From an uncultured Candidatus Peribacteria bacterium (lineage in GTDB: Bacteria; Patescibacteriota; Gracilibacteria; Absconditabacterales; Absconditicoccaceae): a DNA stretch of 64,000 nucleotides. Shown here piece by piece: positions 22,492 to 33,663 of this stretch (position 1 is the first letter of the stretch; each line of letters begins with the position of its first letter). The notes below the pieces were generated by a model. It was given only the letters and a program-made list of their open reading frames with translations, ran no database searches and was not told where the DNA came from. A program made the translations under genes and the position numbers. Location: assembly GCA_964613015.1 (NCBI GenBank), contig CAZTFP010000002.1:1737-65736 (forward strand), read 5' to 3'.

Positions 22492-23535
22492 TTGTTTTAT
22501 ATACGATACGAACATCTTTCTGAATCGCACCCAAGTTTTCGTGTCTACAAAATCCGCGAACAGGATCAGATTTTACAATATATGCTCCATGAAAATCTCG
22601 TAAAGATAGCTAATGAATCTCGAGAATATCGTAAATATACCCATTATTTTATGCTCGATGAGCATAGATTTTCGTTTTTTAGATTTGATGTATTTCAAAA
22701 CTTTGAAAAGAAATTTACCTTCCAGGATTTAAAAACTATTATCGAAGAAAAGTGTCAGGCGACCAAGAAACATAATGATGTCGATGGAGAAAGAATCATG
22801 GTATACATTGATAGTATCCATGTCGATGGAGAAGAAAAAAAACATGTCATCGGGAAAACCGGAGAAATATTTTTCAGATTATATATTGTCTATTTGAATA
22901 AAAAAACCATGAACACGCTCAATTCTGTCTATGGTAATCTCATGAATATGAAAAATATCAATATCGTTCCTCAGTCATTTCATACGCTCCTCTTTTTGAG
23001 AAACAATTTAAAGAAAGATAATTTTGTTCTACTCTATATCACAGAAAACTCATGCAAAGCTATCAAAATCCAAAACGGATTTTATCATAGTGTAGAGACA
23101 TTAAATCTTGGCATGAGCGCATTGAAACAAATGTATAAAGATAATGGTATTGTCCAATATCGGTACAAGACCTATGATTTCATCGAAGCAAATCCCTTGG
23201 CAAAATGATTGGTCAAAGAAACCTTACAATTTTATTCTGAACTTTTTTGTAAACGATTTAATGAAAAAAAACTCACCTGAACGGATGTCATCGTTATCTC
23301 TCCTATCACCAAAAACGTACATTTCATCGAAACATTCAACGAAGAATATAAAAAAATGACGAACAATTATGTCGTCCCCTTCCATCATTCTACGATGCTC
23401 AATACCTTTGGGAAAATACGAGAACCAGATGATATGGATGCAATCATATTGATGAACCGCGATGAAAAAATAAGAAACACGCTCCTACCAAAAGACGATG
23501 AAACGACGCAATGAGAAAACGACCAAACGATGTAA
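22492..23535 (+). CDS. hypothetical protein (about 347 aa)
   Basis: Track ORF 22492-23208 (TTG start; a later ATG is possible) continues through TGA codons to TAA 23533-23535. The 23161-23535 extension was checked codon by codon. Confidence 0.6.
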
Positions 23536-23632
23536 TGTTACTGTTTCGCTTAAAAAACAATGAAACGAAAAAACGACCAAACGATGTGGTATTCTTTTTT
23601 CGTTTAGTCGTTTATACGTTTAGTCGTTTATA
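23519..23632. repeat. AAACG/CGTTT repeat cluster between convergent genes (probable bidirectional terminator)
   Basis: acgaccaaacgatgt at 23519-23533 and 23573-23587. Tandem cgtttagtcgtttata at 23601-23616 and 23617-23632, near-inverse of the first motif. aaacgaaaaaa / ttttttcgttt stem. Confidence 0.65.
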
Positions 23633-23634
23633 CG

Positions 23635-24417
23635 TTATAGATTTATATTCATCATATTTCCGCTTTCGTACTTACGTAATCATCTATAAAACACGAATGT
23701 TCATAATCATCCAAAAAACAGGGTTGCTCAGAGCAACATACATATTTTTTGAAGCGTAAATTGAGATGAAATCATATCATATGGTAGATATGACACGAAA
23801 AATACTGGTATGACCGTCATAAACATCACTTTAAACACCATTCATTTGAATATCCCTGGTGGATAATGGCTCGGTCCAATGACTGCTTCGAAAATAGCCC
23901 TACTCAATTCTCTAGAACTTCACATCCAAAAAGCCAAAGACTCAAAAATAACCATAAATCAGGTAAAGGTAATTCACGCACAAAAACATACAAAGAGTCG
24001 TTTGATGACAAAGAACAATGTTAAATTTTTGATAAGAAAGAGCAGTCCTATACCATAGATCAAATCACCTATTGCGGTGATACTAAATCCTCACGTCAAT
24101 ATTCTGAATAAGATATTTTTTGGTAAGAGCAAATGGGCGTCTAATGAACCATTCATAATCATCTCACCTATCTTACTTGAACCATAAAAAAAAATAGACA
24201 TCACACAATACCCTCAGAGAATTACTACGAGCAGTTTTATATATCATTGGAAGTCCATTCCTGCTATCGTACCAAATCTACTAAAGAAAAAATAGAACAG
24301 TACTAGCATCACCGCATCGCTTAGCATCATAGACACTACCTGGACCAAAAAAGATATTCTATATGCCAACACAGAAAGAATATTTAATTTTCGCATGTGA
24401 AGTACTAATTTTATCAT
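23635..24417 (-). CDS. ABC-2 type transporter permease (second permease)
   Basis: MIKLVLHM(W)KLNILSVLAYRISFL... ends ...FYRGLRKYESGNMMNINL, stop TAA (complement of 23635-23637). Alternative start at 24504 (track ORF). Confidence 0.75.
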
Positions 24418-24533
24418 TGTTGATGTATACTGATTAAAAATTTTAATGTGAGATGATCTATATATAATAATTCGATAACACTTGTAGTGTGCTTCAAGCT
24501 TCATGCTTTAGGCTTCAAGCTTCCTACTAAATT

Positions 24534-25334
24534 TTATCCTCCATTGATAGTTAGTCTTTTTTTTGCGTAAGCGTAAATACCATAACATAGTGCTATCAAT
24601 GCTACAATCCAAAAGAATTGCATACTAGCATACCACAAAAATGTAGGGAGAGTAAATTTGGTAAATATTAATCATGCTGTATATCCCGCATAAGCAAAGG
24701 GAGATGCAAATGCTATTGTCTGCAAGAAGAGTGGCATAAAAGGAATAGGTAAAATATTTCCTCCAAAAAACATATCCAATTTAGCATAGAGTAATTTAAA
24801 CGAATCAGCGTCTTCCGTATAAAATGCTAATAATCCTACCATGAAGTATCAGAAGAAATTGACCAACATACCTCAGAATAAAAGTAGAAGTCCGCCCAAT
24901 ACTCATCCTACCGAAAATGGTATAGATCACAGAAGAAAGTATCATAATCATAATCCTATTACCATAGAAATAGCCAGATTGTATAGTGATTTGGAAAATG
25001 ATTCAAAGAATTTGTACGAGATATAGCTGATAGGATTGAGCAAATAAATTGCTATCTTTCCTGTTTTGATATCTAGATTTACATCCTCTGTGATTCTATA
25101 TTTTGCTCTCACTACTGCTTGGACAAAAATCAATGCCCACGTCACTTGTTCGAGTGTATAGCCATTGATAGCTGTTCATGGGGTGACTGCATAAATTGCT
25201 TTGTAGAAAAATATTATTACTAAGACCCTAAGGATATAAATCACATTTATCCCTACGAGATCATGGATATATACGGTATAATTTCTGTACGCAATAGAGA
25301 GTACCCCTCGATACTGTCTGCATAATCTTTTCAT
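24534..25334 (-). CDS. ABC-2 type transporter permease (first permease)
   Basis: ATG at 25334, 11 nt after the ATPase stop. Multi-TM protein. In frame with track ORF 24948-25145. Stop is the complement of 24534-24536. Confidence 0.8.
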
Positions 25335-25345
25335 TGGTAGTGCTA

Positions 25346-26317
25346 TTAATAAAACTCTTTGATAATTTCTTCGATAGTGGGATCTTTTATTTCTATATCG
25401 TCGACGTCGTAATTTTTTGTTATCATCTCGAATGTTTTTTGTAAATTTTCTTTGGTATTGGGAATTTCAAATTCTACATAGTCGAGTTCTTTTTTTGTAA
25501 TGTGCATAAAATCTACTGATTTAAATGCTGAACTATTTGCAAGTTTTATCTTGATGATTTTTTTCTTGATATAATTTTTTCTTAAATCTACGATACTTCC
25601 ATCATAATAAATCTTTCCGTGATTGATGATGATTACCCTATTACATACCTGCTCTATATCTCATAAATCGTGTGAGGTCAAAAAAATTGTCGTTCATTCG
25701 AGATCGTGAATTTCATTTATTGTTTCTCTGAGTTTTTGTTTGGCTATCATATCTAAGCCTATAGTCGGTTCATCGAGAAATATAATCTCTGGTGAATGAA
25801 TCAATGACGAAACTATTTCGCATCTCATCCTCTGTCCCAGAGAAAGCTTTCTCACTGGTTTATCAATCATTTCTTTAATTTCGAATTTATCGATAAGATA
25901 GCTCAATCTTTCTTCTAATTGGTATTTGGGAATATCAAATAATTTTCCCATTACCTTGAATGTATCTATTGCTGTCAAATGATATCGTAGTCTTGATGTC
26001 TGACCAAACACTGCACCGATTTTGTACACCAATGCATTTCTTTGTTTTGCAGGATCTAATCCAAGCACATTGATATGCCCAGACGTTGGATGTAAGATAC
26101 CCGTAAGCATTTTGATAGTAGTCGATTTTCCTGCTCCATTTGGTCAAAGAAACGCTATCTTTTCTCACTTATGTACTGAAAAGTTTATGGAAGCCACTGC
26201 TTCAAATTCTTTGTATTCTGGTCTAAAAATCGCTTTACATCTATTCCAAAATCAATGTTTTTTCACTTCAAGCTTAAATATTTTTCTGAGGTCTTTGACC
26301 TCGATGCTATTGTGCAT
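25346..26317 (-). CDS. ABC transporter ATP-binding protein (ABC-2 system)
   Basis: Walker A GPNGAGKSTT, signature LSLGQRMR, Walker B IIFLDEPT. In frame with track ORF 25694-26110. Confidence 0.92.
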
Positions 26318-26340
26318 TGGAGTATTTAATTAGGTAAAAC

Positions 26341-26895
26341 TTAATTTTTTTTGTAGATTCTATATTCTACTCAATGGATTTCACTATTGGGATCTGTGGT
26401 CTTATGATCTACAATTATTTCATTCCCATCGGTATCTTTTTGTACTATTCATCATATTGATTCGGCTATTTTTCTGCTAGGAATATTATCCTTATCTACA
26501 GGATAAAACAAATATTCAAAATCCAGATGTTTCTGAGCTCGATTAGTTAATCCGACAATAGCTTCCCTTCCTATCTTCTTTCCGAATGCTGATTTCTTTA
26601 TTCGGATACCAAGTTCTGGTGTTTGGGGAGTAGCTGAATGAAGTCATGCACAACCCAGAAACTCTCTGGTTTTTTTGTCCAAAATCACTGCTTGATAATT
26701 TGTTCAAGCTTCCATTGTCTGTATTGCATTCTGTATAAACTGTTGTGTTTCTGAAATATCCTTTCATGGTTTGGGTGACATATACGTAGTGATCTCCCGA
26801 GTAAATTCATTAAATATCTCCTCTGCATAGTGCATGGTAATAGGGACTAAGAGCAAACGCTCTGTCTCTATAATGACGCTTTCTATATGTTCCAT
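26341..26895 (-). CDS. GNAT family N-acetyltransferase (RimJ/RimL-like)
   Basis: TERLLLVPIT..., ELGI(W)IKKSAFGKKIGREA with CGA 26602-26604 at the usual Trp. 555 nt from ATG to TAA. The overlapping track ORF 26543-26767 is in the wrong frame. Confidence 0.8.
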
Positions 26896-27011
26896 TTTTC
26901 TATGGTTAGTTATAAATATAGTGTAAGATTGAAAGGTGGAAAGATTAAAAGATGTGTTGTAGTAAGTGTTTTCATATTTCCATTCTCCATATTTCCACCC
27001 TTTTATTTTGT

Positions 27012-28808
27012 TTATTCGTTCTCTGTAATGAAGCCTCCAGACTGGATATTTCGGAGCTTTTTATATACACCATTTTCCTTGGCAAGTAATTCTTTATGAC
27101 TTCATTTTTCAATGATTGCTCACTTGTCCATAACGATTATTCTATCCATCTTCATAATAGTTGAAAGTCTATGTGCGATCACGATAGTAGTTTTGTTGTT
27201 CATAACCTCATCCATCGCTTCCTGGATTAATTGTTCTGATTCTGAATCAAGTGATGACGTTGCTTCGTCGAGCACGAGAATTCTTTTGTTCTCGAGAATC
27301 GCTCTTGCAATAGCCACTCTCTGTCTTTCTCCTCCAGACAATTTTATTCCTCTTTCTCCTACAAGCGTATCATACCCATAACGTAATTTAGAAATAAATT
27401 CGTGACATCTTGCCATCTTAGCAGCAGCGATAATTTCTTCTTCGCTTGCATCAGGATTTCCATACGCGATATTTTCCTTGATAGACCTATGGAAGAGCAC
27501 CGTATCTTGAGGCACCATAGAGACATTTCCTCTCAAACTATCCTGGGTCACTTGTGAGATATCTTGACCATCGACTAAAATATTTCATCACTGAATATCA
27601 TAAAATCTGAATAATAATTTGACTAGGGTTGTTTTCCCTGATCCTGATTGCCCTACTATGGCTACCTTTTCTCCTGGTTTGATGCTCAAATCAAGACTAT
27701 TGAATATTGCTTTACCATCACCATAAGCGAAAGTAATATGTGCAAATTCTACTTTACCTGCAGCCACATGTAATGTTTTGTCAGAATGATCGATAATCTC
27801 ATGCGGTTCATCTAATATTTCCAACATCTCTGCTGATTCACCGATAGCTCTATTCATCTGTTTGAGAATATTTCTGATATTGAAGAGTTGGTCAAACAAT
27901 TTGAAGATATATATTTGAATCAAAATGATTACTCCTGCAGAGATAGTTCAGGCACCTCGTGCTTGTATTGCAAGATAGATGGTTCCTATTTCAAACAAGA
28001 AGATAAGAAATGAACTTCAGAAAAACATCCATTCGGCTCTCAATCGTTTTACTTTGGTGAGATGTTCTCGTTCTCTAATTACCCCACCGAATCTTTGGAT
28101 TTCTCTTGGTACTGAAGCAAACGTTAAAATATTAAAATTATTGGTAATCGTATCAGCAAGTTCTCCTGTGGTTTTGGAATCCTGTATATTTGATTTTACT
28201 TCATAGGGAGTATTCCACTTGAAGAAAAGATATTGAAGGAAGCCAAAGATGAGCATAAATACTAAGAATACAACACCTATTCTTGTATCTTGTCTTCGTA
28301 CTACAACAAGAATGAACGGCAAGAATATAATCATTCTTAAAATATTGAAAAGAAAGTTATCCATAATATTTTCAAATGATCATGCCAATTTATTTATTTT
28401 CTTTACGAGTGCACCAGAAAAATTATTGGTGAAAAAGCTGAATGAGTGTCTGTGGATATAAGCAAAACATTGTTCATAGATTCTTCTCATGACTCTGGGT
28501 TCTAGATTTATAGAACTAAATCCTACTATTCTCCATCAGCTGACAGAGAAAATTTCTATAATACCCATAGCGACCAATATTCACATCAGTTTAGGAACCA
28601 ACGATATTCTACTTACTGTATCCACTTGTACAATATCTATGATCTTTGTATAATAAATCGGTAGCAGCAAATTTGTTAATGAGGTAATAATCATACCCAA
28701 AGATGCCCCAATAAATGCCCGTTTTCTGGTCATTGTCATTTTTCGAAAGTAGGAAATTACTCTTCGTGTCCCTACTGTGGTTGTTTTCTTCTTCTCGTCG
28801 TTTCACAT
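27012..28808 (-). CDS. ABC exporter, fused permease/ATPase (MsbA/BmrCD-like)
   Basis: Track ORFs 28017-28364, 27588-27923 and 27120-27551 share one frame. GQSGSGKTT, LSGGERQRVAIARA, ILVLDEATS. C-terminus GVYKKL(W)NIQ. ATG at 28808. Confidence 0.9.
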
Positions 28809-28901
28809 ACTAGTGAATAAGTGTATAAAATAATTGTGGTTACCATAACTTCAAGGTTATAACAACAGGTAATGTGTTTAGTTTTTTATTGCGTCTCGAA
28901 T

Positions 28902-29008
28902 AAAAAAAAGCCACGGTCCATTTGTTGATTCCGTAGCTTGATATCTTGGGTGAATAACTTTTTACTTTGTCATCGTAAAATTTTTCTCCAGTAGGTATCA
29001 AGCCACGG
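28902..29008 (-). promoter_or_regulatory. candidate transcription attenuator (mutually exclusive antiterminator and terminator) in the ABC-exporter leader
   Basis: On the minus strand, CCGTGGCTTGATA (28996-29008) can pair 13/13 (one G-U) with TATCAAGCTACGG (28931-28943). The latter alternatively pairs with CCGTGGCTT (28908-16), which is followed by U8 (28902-28909). Confidence 0.45.
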
Positions 29009-29051
29009 TGGTAGGGTCAAAGGAAATCATCACATACAATGCTGTTTTCAT
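28962..29051 (-). CDS. 29-codon candidate leader ORF overlapping the antiterminator arm
   Basis: aagga-cc-ATG. Encodes MKTALYVMISFDPTTVA(G)YLLEKNFTMTK and contains one TGA. No homology support. Confidence 0.3.
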
Positions 29052-29058
29052 GGTCCTT

Positions 29059-29089
29059 GGAGAAAAATAAAATAGAGCAATTCTGCTCT
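29059..29089 (-). terminator. hairpin plus T-rich tract 3' of gpmI
   Basis: Minus strand AGAGCA-gaat-TGCTCT followed by attttattttt. Confidence 0.45.
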
Positions 29090-29138
29090 TATATACGAAG
29101 AAGTGTATATTTTGTGACAAGATTTTTAATACAACTAA

Positions 29139-29262
29139 CAACGAAAAACTAAAAATTTAAAACGATAGTATTGTTTACTTATAAACTATCGTAGTATTAC
29201 TATAGTCTATAACATAACAAGTCCAACACTATTCACTTTTCACTATTAGTTTTTCACTAAAG
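29139..29262. repeat. palindromic intergenic repeat element, copy A (TAGTGAAAAACTAA family)
   Basis: Termini gaaaaactaaaaa ... attcacttttcactattagtttttcactaa. Core aactatcgtagtattactatagt. The gpmI stop codon lies inside the terminal motif. Confidence 0.7.
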
Positions 29263-30778
29263 ATTTTCCTGTCATTTCTTTGGGGATTGTAATACCCATA
29301 ATTTTCAAAATAGTTGGTGCTATGTCAGAAAGTCATCATGATTTTTTTAGTGTCTGTACTTTTCCTTTGCTGATATATCGACATGGAACGGGATTCATAC
29401 TATGTGCTGTCATCGGTGCTTCCGGTGTGCCCATTTCATCACTATTTCCATGATCAGCAGTAATGATAAGTTCGTAATTATTTTTGTTGCAGAAAGCAAG
29501 AAGGTCTCAGGTAATAGTATCAAGTTTCTTGATCGCAGTAATGACCTTATCCATTTTGCCGGTATGCCCTACCATATCTCCGTTGGCGAAATTCACTACG
29601 ATGAAATCAAAGTCTTTGGCTTGTGCAACAAACTGATCATAAATCTCTTGCGCAGACATCTCTGGGTCTAAATCATAGGTTGCTACCTTATGGGAAGGGA
29701 CGAGAACATCTTTTTCTCCATCAAATACTATTTGTCTATCACCATTGAAAAATTTTGTGACGTGAGCAAATTTTTCTGTCTCAGCGAGATGGAGTTGACG
29801 AAGTTCATGATGAGAAATTACTTCAGGTAGAGTATTTTTGATATCTTGTTCTTTGATAAATGTTGGTCATTCATATTCTTTGTAATATTTCGTCATAGCT
29901 ACAAAGTAGATATTGCTGAGTCTTTTGATCAAGAAATGTCTAGGTCGCGTAGGATATTCTGCCGCTATTTTTTTGTCCATAGAAACCATAATCGCCTGAG
30001 TCAACTGTCTTGCTCTATCAGATCTGAAATTGAGATGGAAAATAGCATCATCACTTTCTATCTGGTCTCACCGGGTAAAACTTACAGGAAGAATAAATTC
30101 GTCGGTGATACCTTGTTCGTATTGTTTGGCAATATATGCACTTGGAGTATCGCTGGTCTGTAATTGACCAAAGACAATTTCATCATAAGACTTCTGGATT
30201 CTTTCTCGATTATTATCTCTATCCATACCAAAATATCTTCACGCTAAGCTTGAAATTTTGACATTGGGAAATTTGGTGAGAGAATTTTCGAAATCTATCA
30301 TGAGCTCTAGCATACTATTTGGCGCAAGATCTCTTCCGTCTCCGAATAAATGGAGCGATACGTTTATGTCTTTGGGAATAATTTTGAGTATTTTTTTCAA
30401 GTGTGAATCCATCGCATGGACGCCACCAGGTCAAAAAAGCTGGATCAAATGTAAGGTAGAATCGTTGTCTTTGCAATGCGCTATTCCTGCTTTGAATTCT
30501 GGTAATTTTGCAAAACTACCATCATCCAACATATCATCTATTTCCACCAAATTTTGTTTAATAATCCTTCATGAACCGATCGTCATATGTCCGACTTCAG
30601 AATTCCCCATTTGACCGATAGGTAATCCTACAGCTTTTTCACAAGCGTTTAGGGTAGCATATGATTGAGCAAATAATTTTTTGAATACAGGAGAATGTGC
30701 TTGGATGATTCCATTATGTTTGGGTGTCGTTGTGTTTATTCAAAATCCGTCGAGGATAATCAGCGCGAGTTTTTTCAT
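29246..30778 (-). CDS. gpmI: 2,3-bisphosphoglycerate-independent phosphoglycerate mutase
   Basis: [14 protein letters not shown]..., [21 protein letters not shown](W)[23 protein letters not shown]. 1533 nt from ATG to TAA. CGA 30206-30208 is in frame. Confidence 0.93.
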
Positions 30779-30931
30779 GGCAATAGGGTACCAGGTAAAG
30801 TTGTCTGCCGATGAGTATATACTTCTCCTAGTAAAATTCAATGCTAAGCCCAAAGCCCTATTACTCTTGAAGTAGCACCAGGGTGCAAACTAATTTGAAA
30901 TTTACAATTTATAATTTTAAATTTTAAAACA

Positions 30932-31276
30932 TTAATATGTTTTTACTTTCTGGGCTATTTTGTTGAAGATACACATTATTTCTTTTGATTCATCCAAAAG
31001 TTTTTTAAGATTACTTAAAGGATATTGGGATATGCTTAAAAGTAATTCAAGCCAATAAACGGTCTCTTTAGCTTCTTTTTTACAGATATATATCTTGTTT
31101 CTGAAATATTTTTTTGAACTTGCTCAATTTGCTTCATAATAATTTGCTCCAATACTTGTTCATGATCTCAATACTTGATCTATACTATTTCTATTTGTAT
31201 ATCAAACAGATATTCCCCTTATATACATGAGCAAATTTTTACTAAATATCAACAACCTTTCTTCTAAATCATACAT
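30932..31276 (-). CDS. four-helix-bundle protein (23S rRNA-intervening-sequence protein family, TIGR02436-like)
   Basis: ...QVLRS(G)TSIGANYYEAN(G)ASSKKYFRNKIYICKKEAKETVYWLELL... Confidence 0.8.
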
Positions 31277-31356
31277 GTGAGTAACTTAACAAACTAAAAC
31301 ACCACACCAGGTTTTTAAATTCAAAATTTATAATTTAAAATTCAAAATTAATTCAT

Positions 31357-32901
31357 TTATTCACTTTCTACAAACATCGTTTTGCTTCTATACTGCAATG
31401 CTTCCGCTAAATGGGTAATAGTAACAAATTCTTGTCCTTGGATGTCAGCAATTGTTCTAGCTAATTTGATAGTACGATGGACAACTCTGGTGGATAAGAT
31501 TAATTTTCTCGCTGCTTCAGCAAGAAAATTTTTACAATCGTCCGTCAAAGGAATCAGTTCATCGATATGTTTTGAAGTGATTTGGGAATTTGCTGTGATG
31601 GAAAGTCAGAAGAATCTTTGTTGTTGAATTTTCCGTGCATTGATGACCTTATCTCTTATACTTGCTGAATGTTCTTCGGTGATATTGTTGAGAATTTTGT
31701 CGATATCCTCACGAGGAATTTCGAGAATCATATCTATTCTATCGAGTAATGGACCAGATATTTTGCTTTGATAACGCTTAATATCTAGTAATGAACAGGA
31801 ACATGGCTTTGCACTATCTTTGTAATATCCACATTTACATGGATTCATCGCACCGACAAACATAAAATTAGCTGGATACTGAATCGTGCCTGCGACGCGG
31901 GAAATCACGACAGATTTATCTTCTAATGGTTGACGCAACACTTCTAATACTTCACGGGGAAACTCGGTGACTTCATCAAAAAACAAAATTCATTTGTGGG
32001 CTAAACTCACTTCGCCAGGCGTGAGTTGAGATCACCCGCCGACAATAGAAATCTTGGATGCCGTATGGTGGACCTGACGAAATGGCCTCTTGGTAATCAG
32101 CGGAATATCTTTACTCAATTTGCCTACGAGTGAATACACTTGACTGACCTCGAGAATTTCTTCAAACCCTAGTGGAGGCAATATACTCGACATGGCTTTG
32201 CTCAATAAGGTTTTCCCGCTTCCTGGCGCGCCAACCATGAGGACATTGTGCATACCTGCAGCTGCGATTGCTAATGCTCTCTTGGCAATGAGTTGTCCTT
32301 TGATATGTGCGAAATCAACCTCAAAACTACTACTTTGCTGATACAACTCTTCAATATTTTTGGCTTGATCGATACAATACAATTCTTTTCCTTGTAAAAA
32401 ATATTCTATCATCTGATCAAATTTTCCGATTGGATATATGCATATTCCTGGTACATATTCTAATTCATAGACATTTTCTTCCGGCACGAAAAAATGTTTG
32501 TAGCCATGATGCATAGCACTTATTACTGATGGCAGAAGTCAATTTACACGCTTCACAGTTCCATCCAATCACAGTTCGCCGAAGTAAAGAAATTCAGTAT
32601 CTGGTAGTTGTATTTTGTCTTCAAAAACAAGAAACAATATCGCAACAGCCATCGGCAAATCGAAACTCGTTCACACTTTTTTGATATCTGAAGGAGAAAG
32701 ATTGAGTACAATTTTTCTGTTGGGTAATTGGATGCCCGCATTGCGAAATGTTGCTCTCAAGCGTTCTTTGGATTCTTTGATCGCGGCATCCGGTAATCAG
32801 ACAATCTCTATCGTCGGCAATGATTTACTCGAATCTGCTTCGACAATAATTTCATGTCATTCTAGTCAAACATTGGCGTATGTTTTTACTTTCTGGATCA
32901 T
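31357..32901 (-). CDS. comM: YifB/ComM family Mg-chelatase-like AAA+ ATPase
   Basis: Track ORFs 32032-32514, 31606-31986 and 31357-31548 share one frame. The start extends to ATG 32901. GAPGSGKT, ILFFDEVTEF, LDRIDM. Confidence 0.92.
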
Positions 32902-32926
32902 GATACGATAACTAACTATATAAAAT

Positions 32927-33466
32927 TTAACCTGCTTGGATTAACATTTCTCTTCTTTCGTTAATTATTTCAGCTAATTCATCCATCAGTCATTCAATAT
33001 TTTTTTCTATATCTTCGTTTCTAAATCTAACGACACGTATTCACTTTTTTGAGATTTTTGAATCTCTGTATCTATCGTAATCGATTCTATTGTTATGATA
33101 TCAACCATCTAATTCTATTCATAAGAGCAATTCTGAGCAATAGAAATCGAGAATAAATGGTCAGATAACTTTCTGTCTTCTGAATTTGTATCATAGAAAT
33201 TTTCTGGTTTTCACCATTCACCAAAAAATTCTTTCTACTTTCGTAGAATTTTTTCTATTTTCTTTAGCGTAGTCTATATAACCACGATTATATTCTATAA
33301 ATTTTATTTTTTCTTTTTTTAACAACCACACCTTCGTTTCCTCTCCTATTGGAGAAGCCCTCAGTAAAAACATACTCCTCTCTGTTAGGAGAGGTGGGGT
33401 GAGTTTGTTCGCCAAAGAGCTAAACGAAGGTGAGTGATTTTGCTCATGTATAAATTTTGCCATCAT
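32927..33466 (-). CDS. DUF559 endonuclease-domain protein (Vsr-like fold)
   Basis: ...ERIFW(G)MVKTRKFL(G)YKFRRQKVI(G)PFILDFYCSELLL(G)IELDG(G)YH...RFRNEDI. Confidence 0.8.
33331..33430. repeat. GC-rich nested palindrome inside the 5' part of the DUF559 gene
   Basis: ccttcgttt (33331-39) pairs with aaacgaagg (33422-30). cctctcct (33340-47) pairs with aggagagg (33387-94). Confidence 0.5.
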
Positions 33467-33663
33467 ACAAAAAAAAGACACTAAAAGATTAGTATCTCAT
33501 TCCGTATATTTGTTGGCAACGAAATGAATTGTAATTATTTCATGAAAAAATTCAAGAGAGGAAATCTGAATTCAGTCAGAAATATATTTTTATTATCCTT
33601 GATTTTTGGTAGGACATCTCTACATATACCACACCAATTTTTTATTTTTTGTAATAAAATAGT

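Noticed and set aside
23601-23632. A CRISPR-like tandem repeat.
   Set aside because: There are only two directly abutting 16-nt units with no spacers, and no cas genes occur anywhere in the window.
28609-28806. Track ORF (GTG start, 65 aa) as the N-terminus of the ABC exporter.
   Set aside because: That frame ends in a genuine TAG. The neighbouring frame, starting at ATG 28808, runs continuously through TGA, CGA and CGG codons into the transmembrane domain and the NBD.
30932-31276. A '23S rRNA intervening sequence protein' family gene as a hint of a nearby rRNA operon.
   Set aside because: No rRNA-like sequence is visible in the window, and members of this family commonly occur outside rRNA genes.
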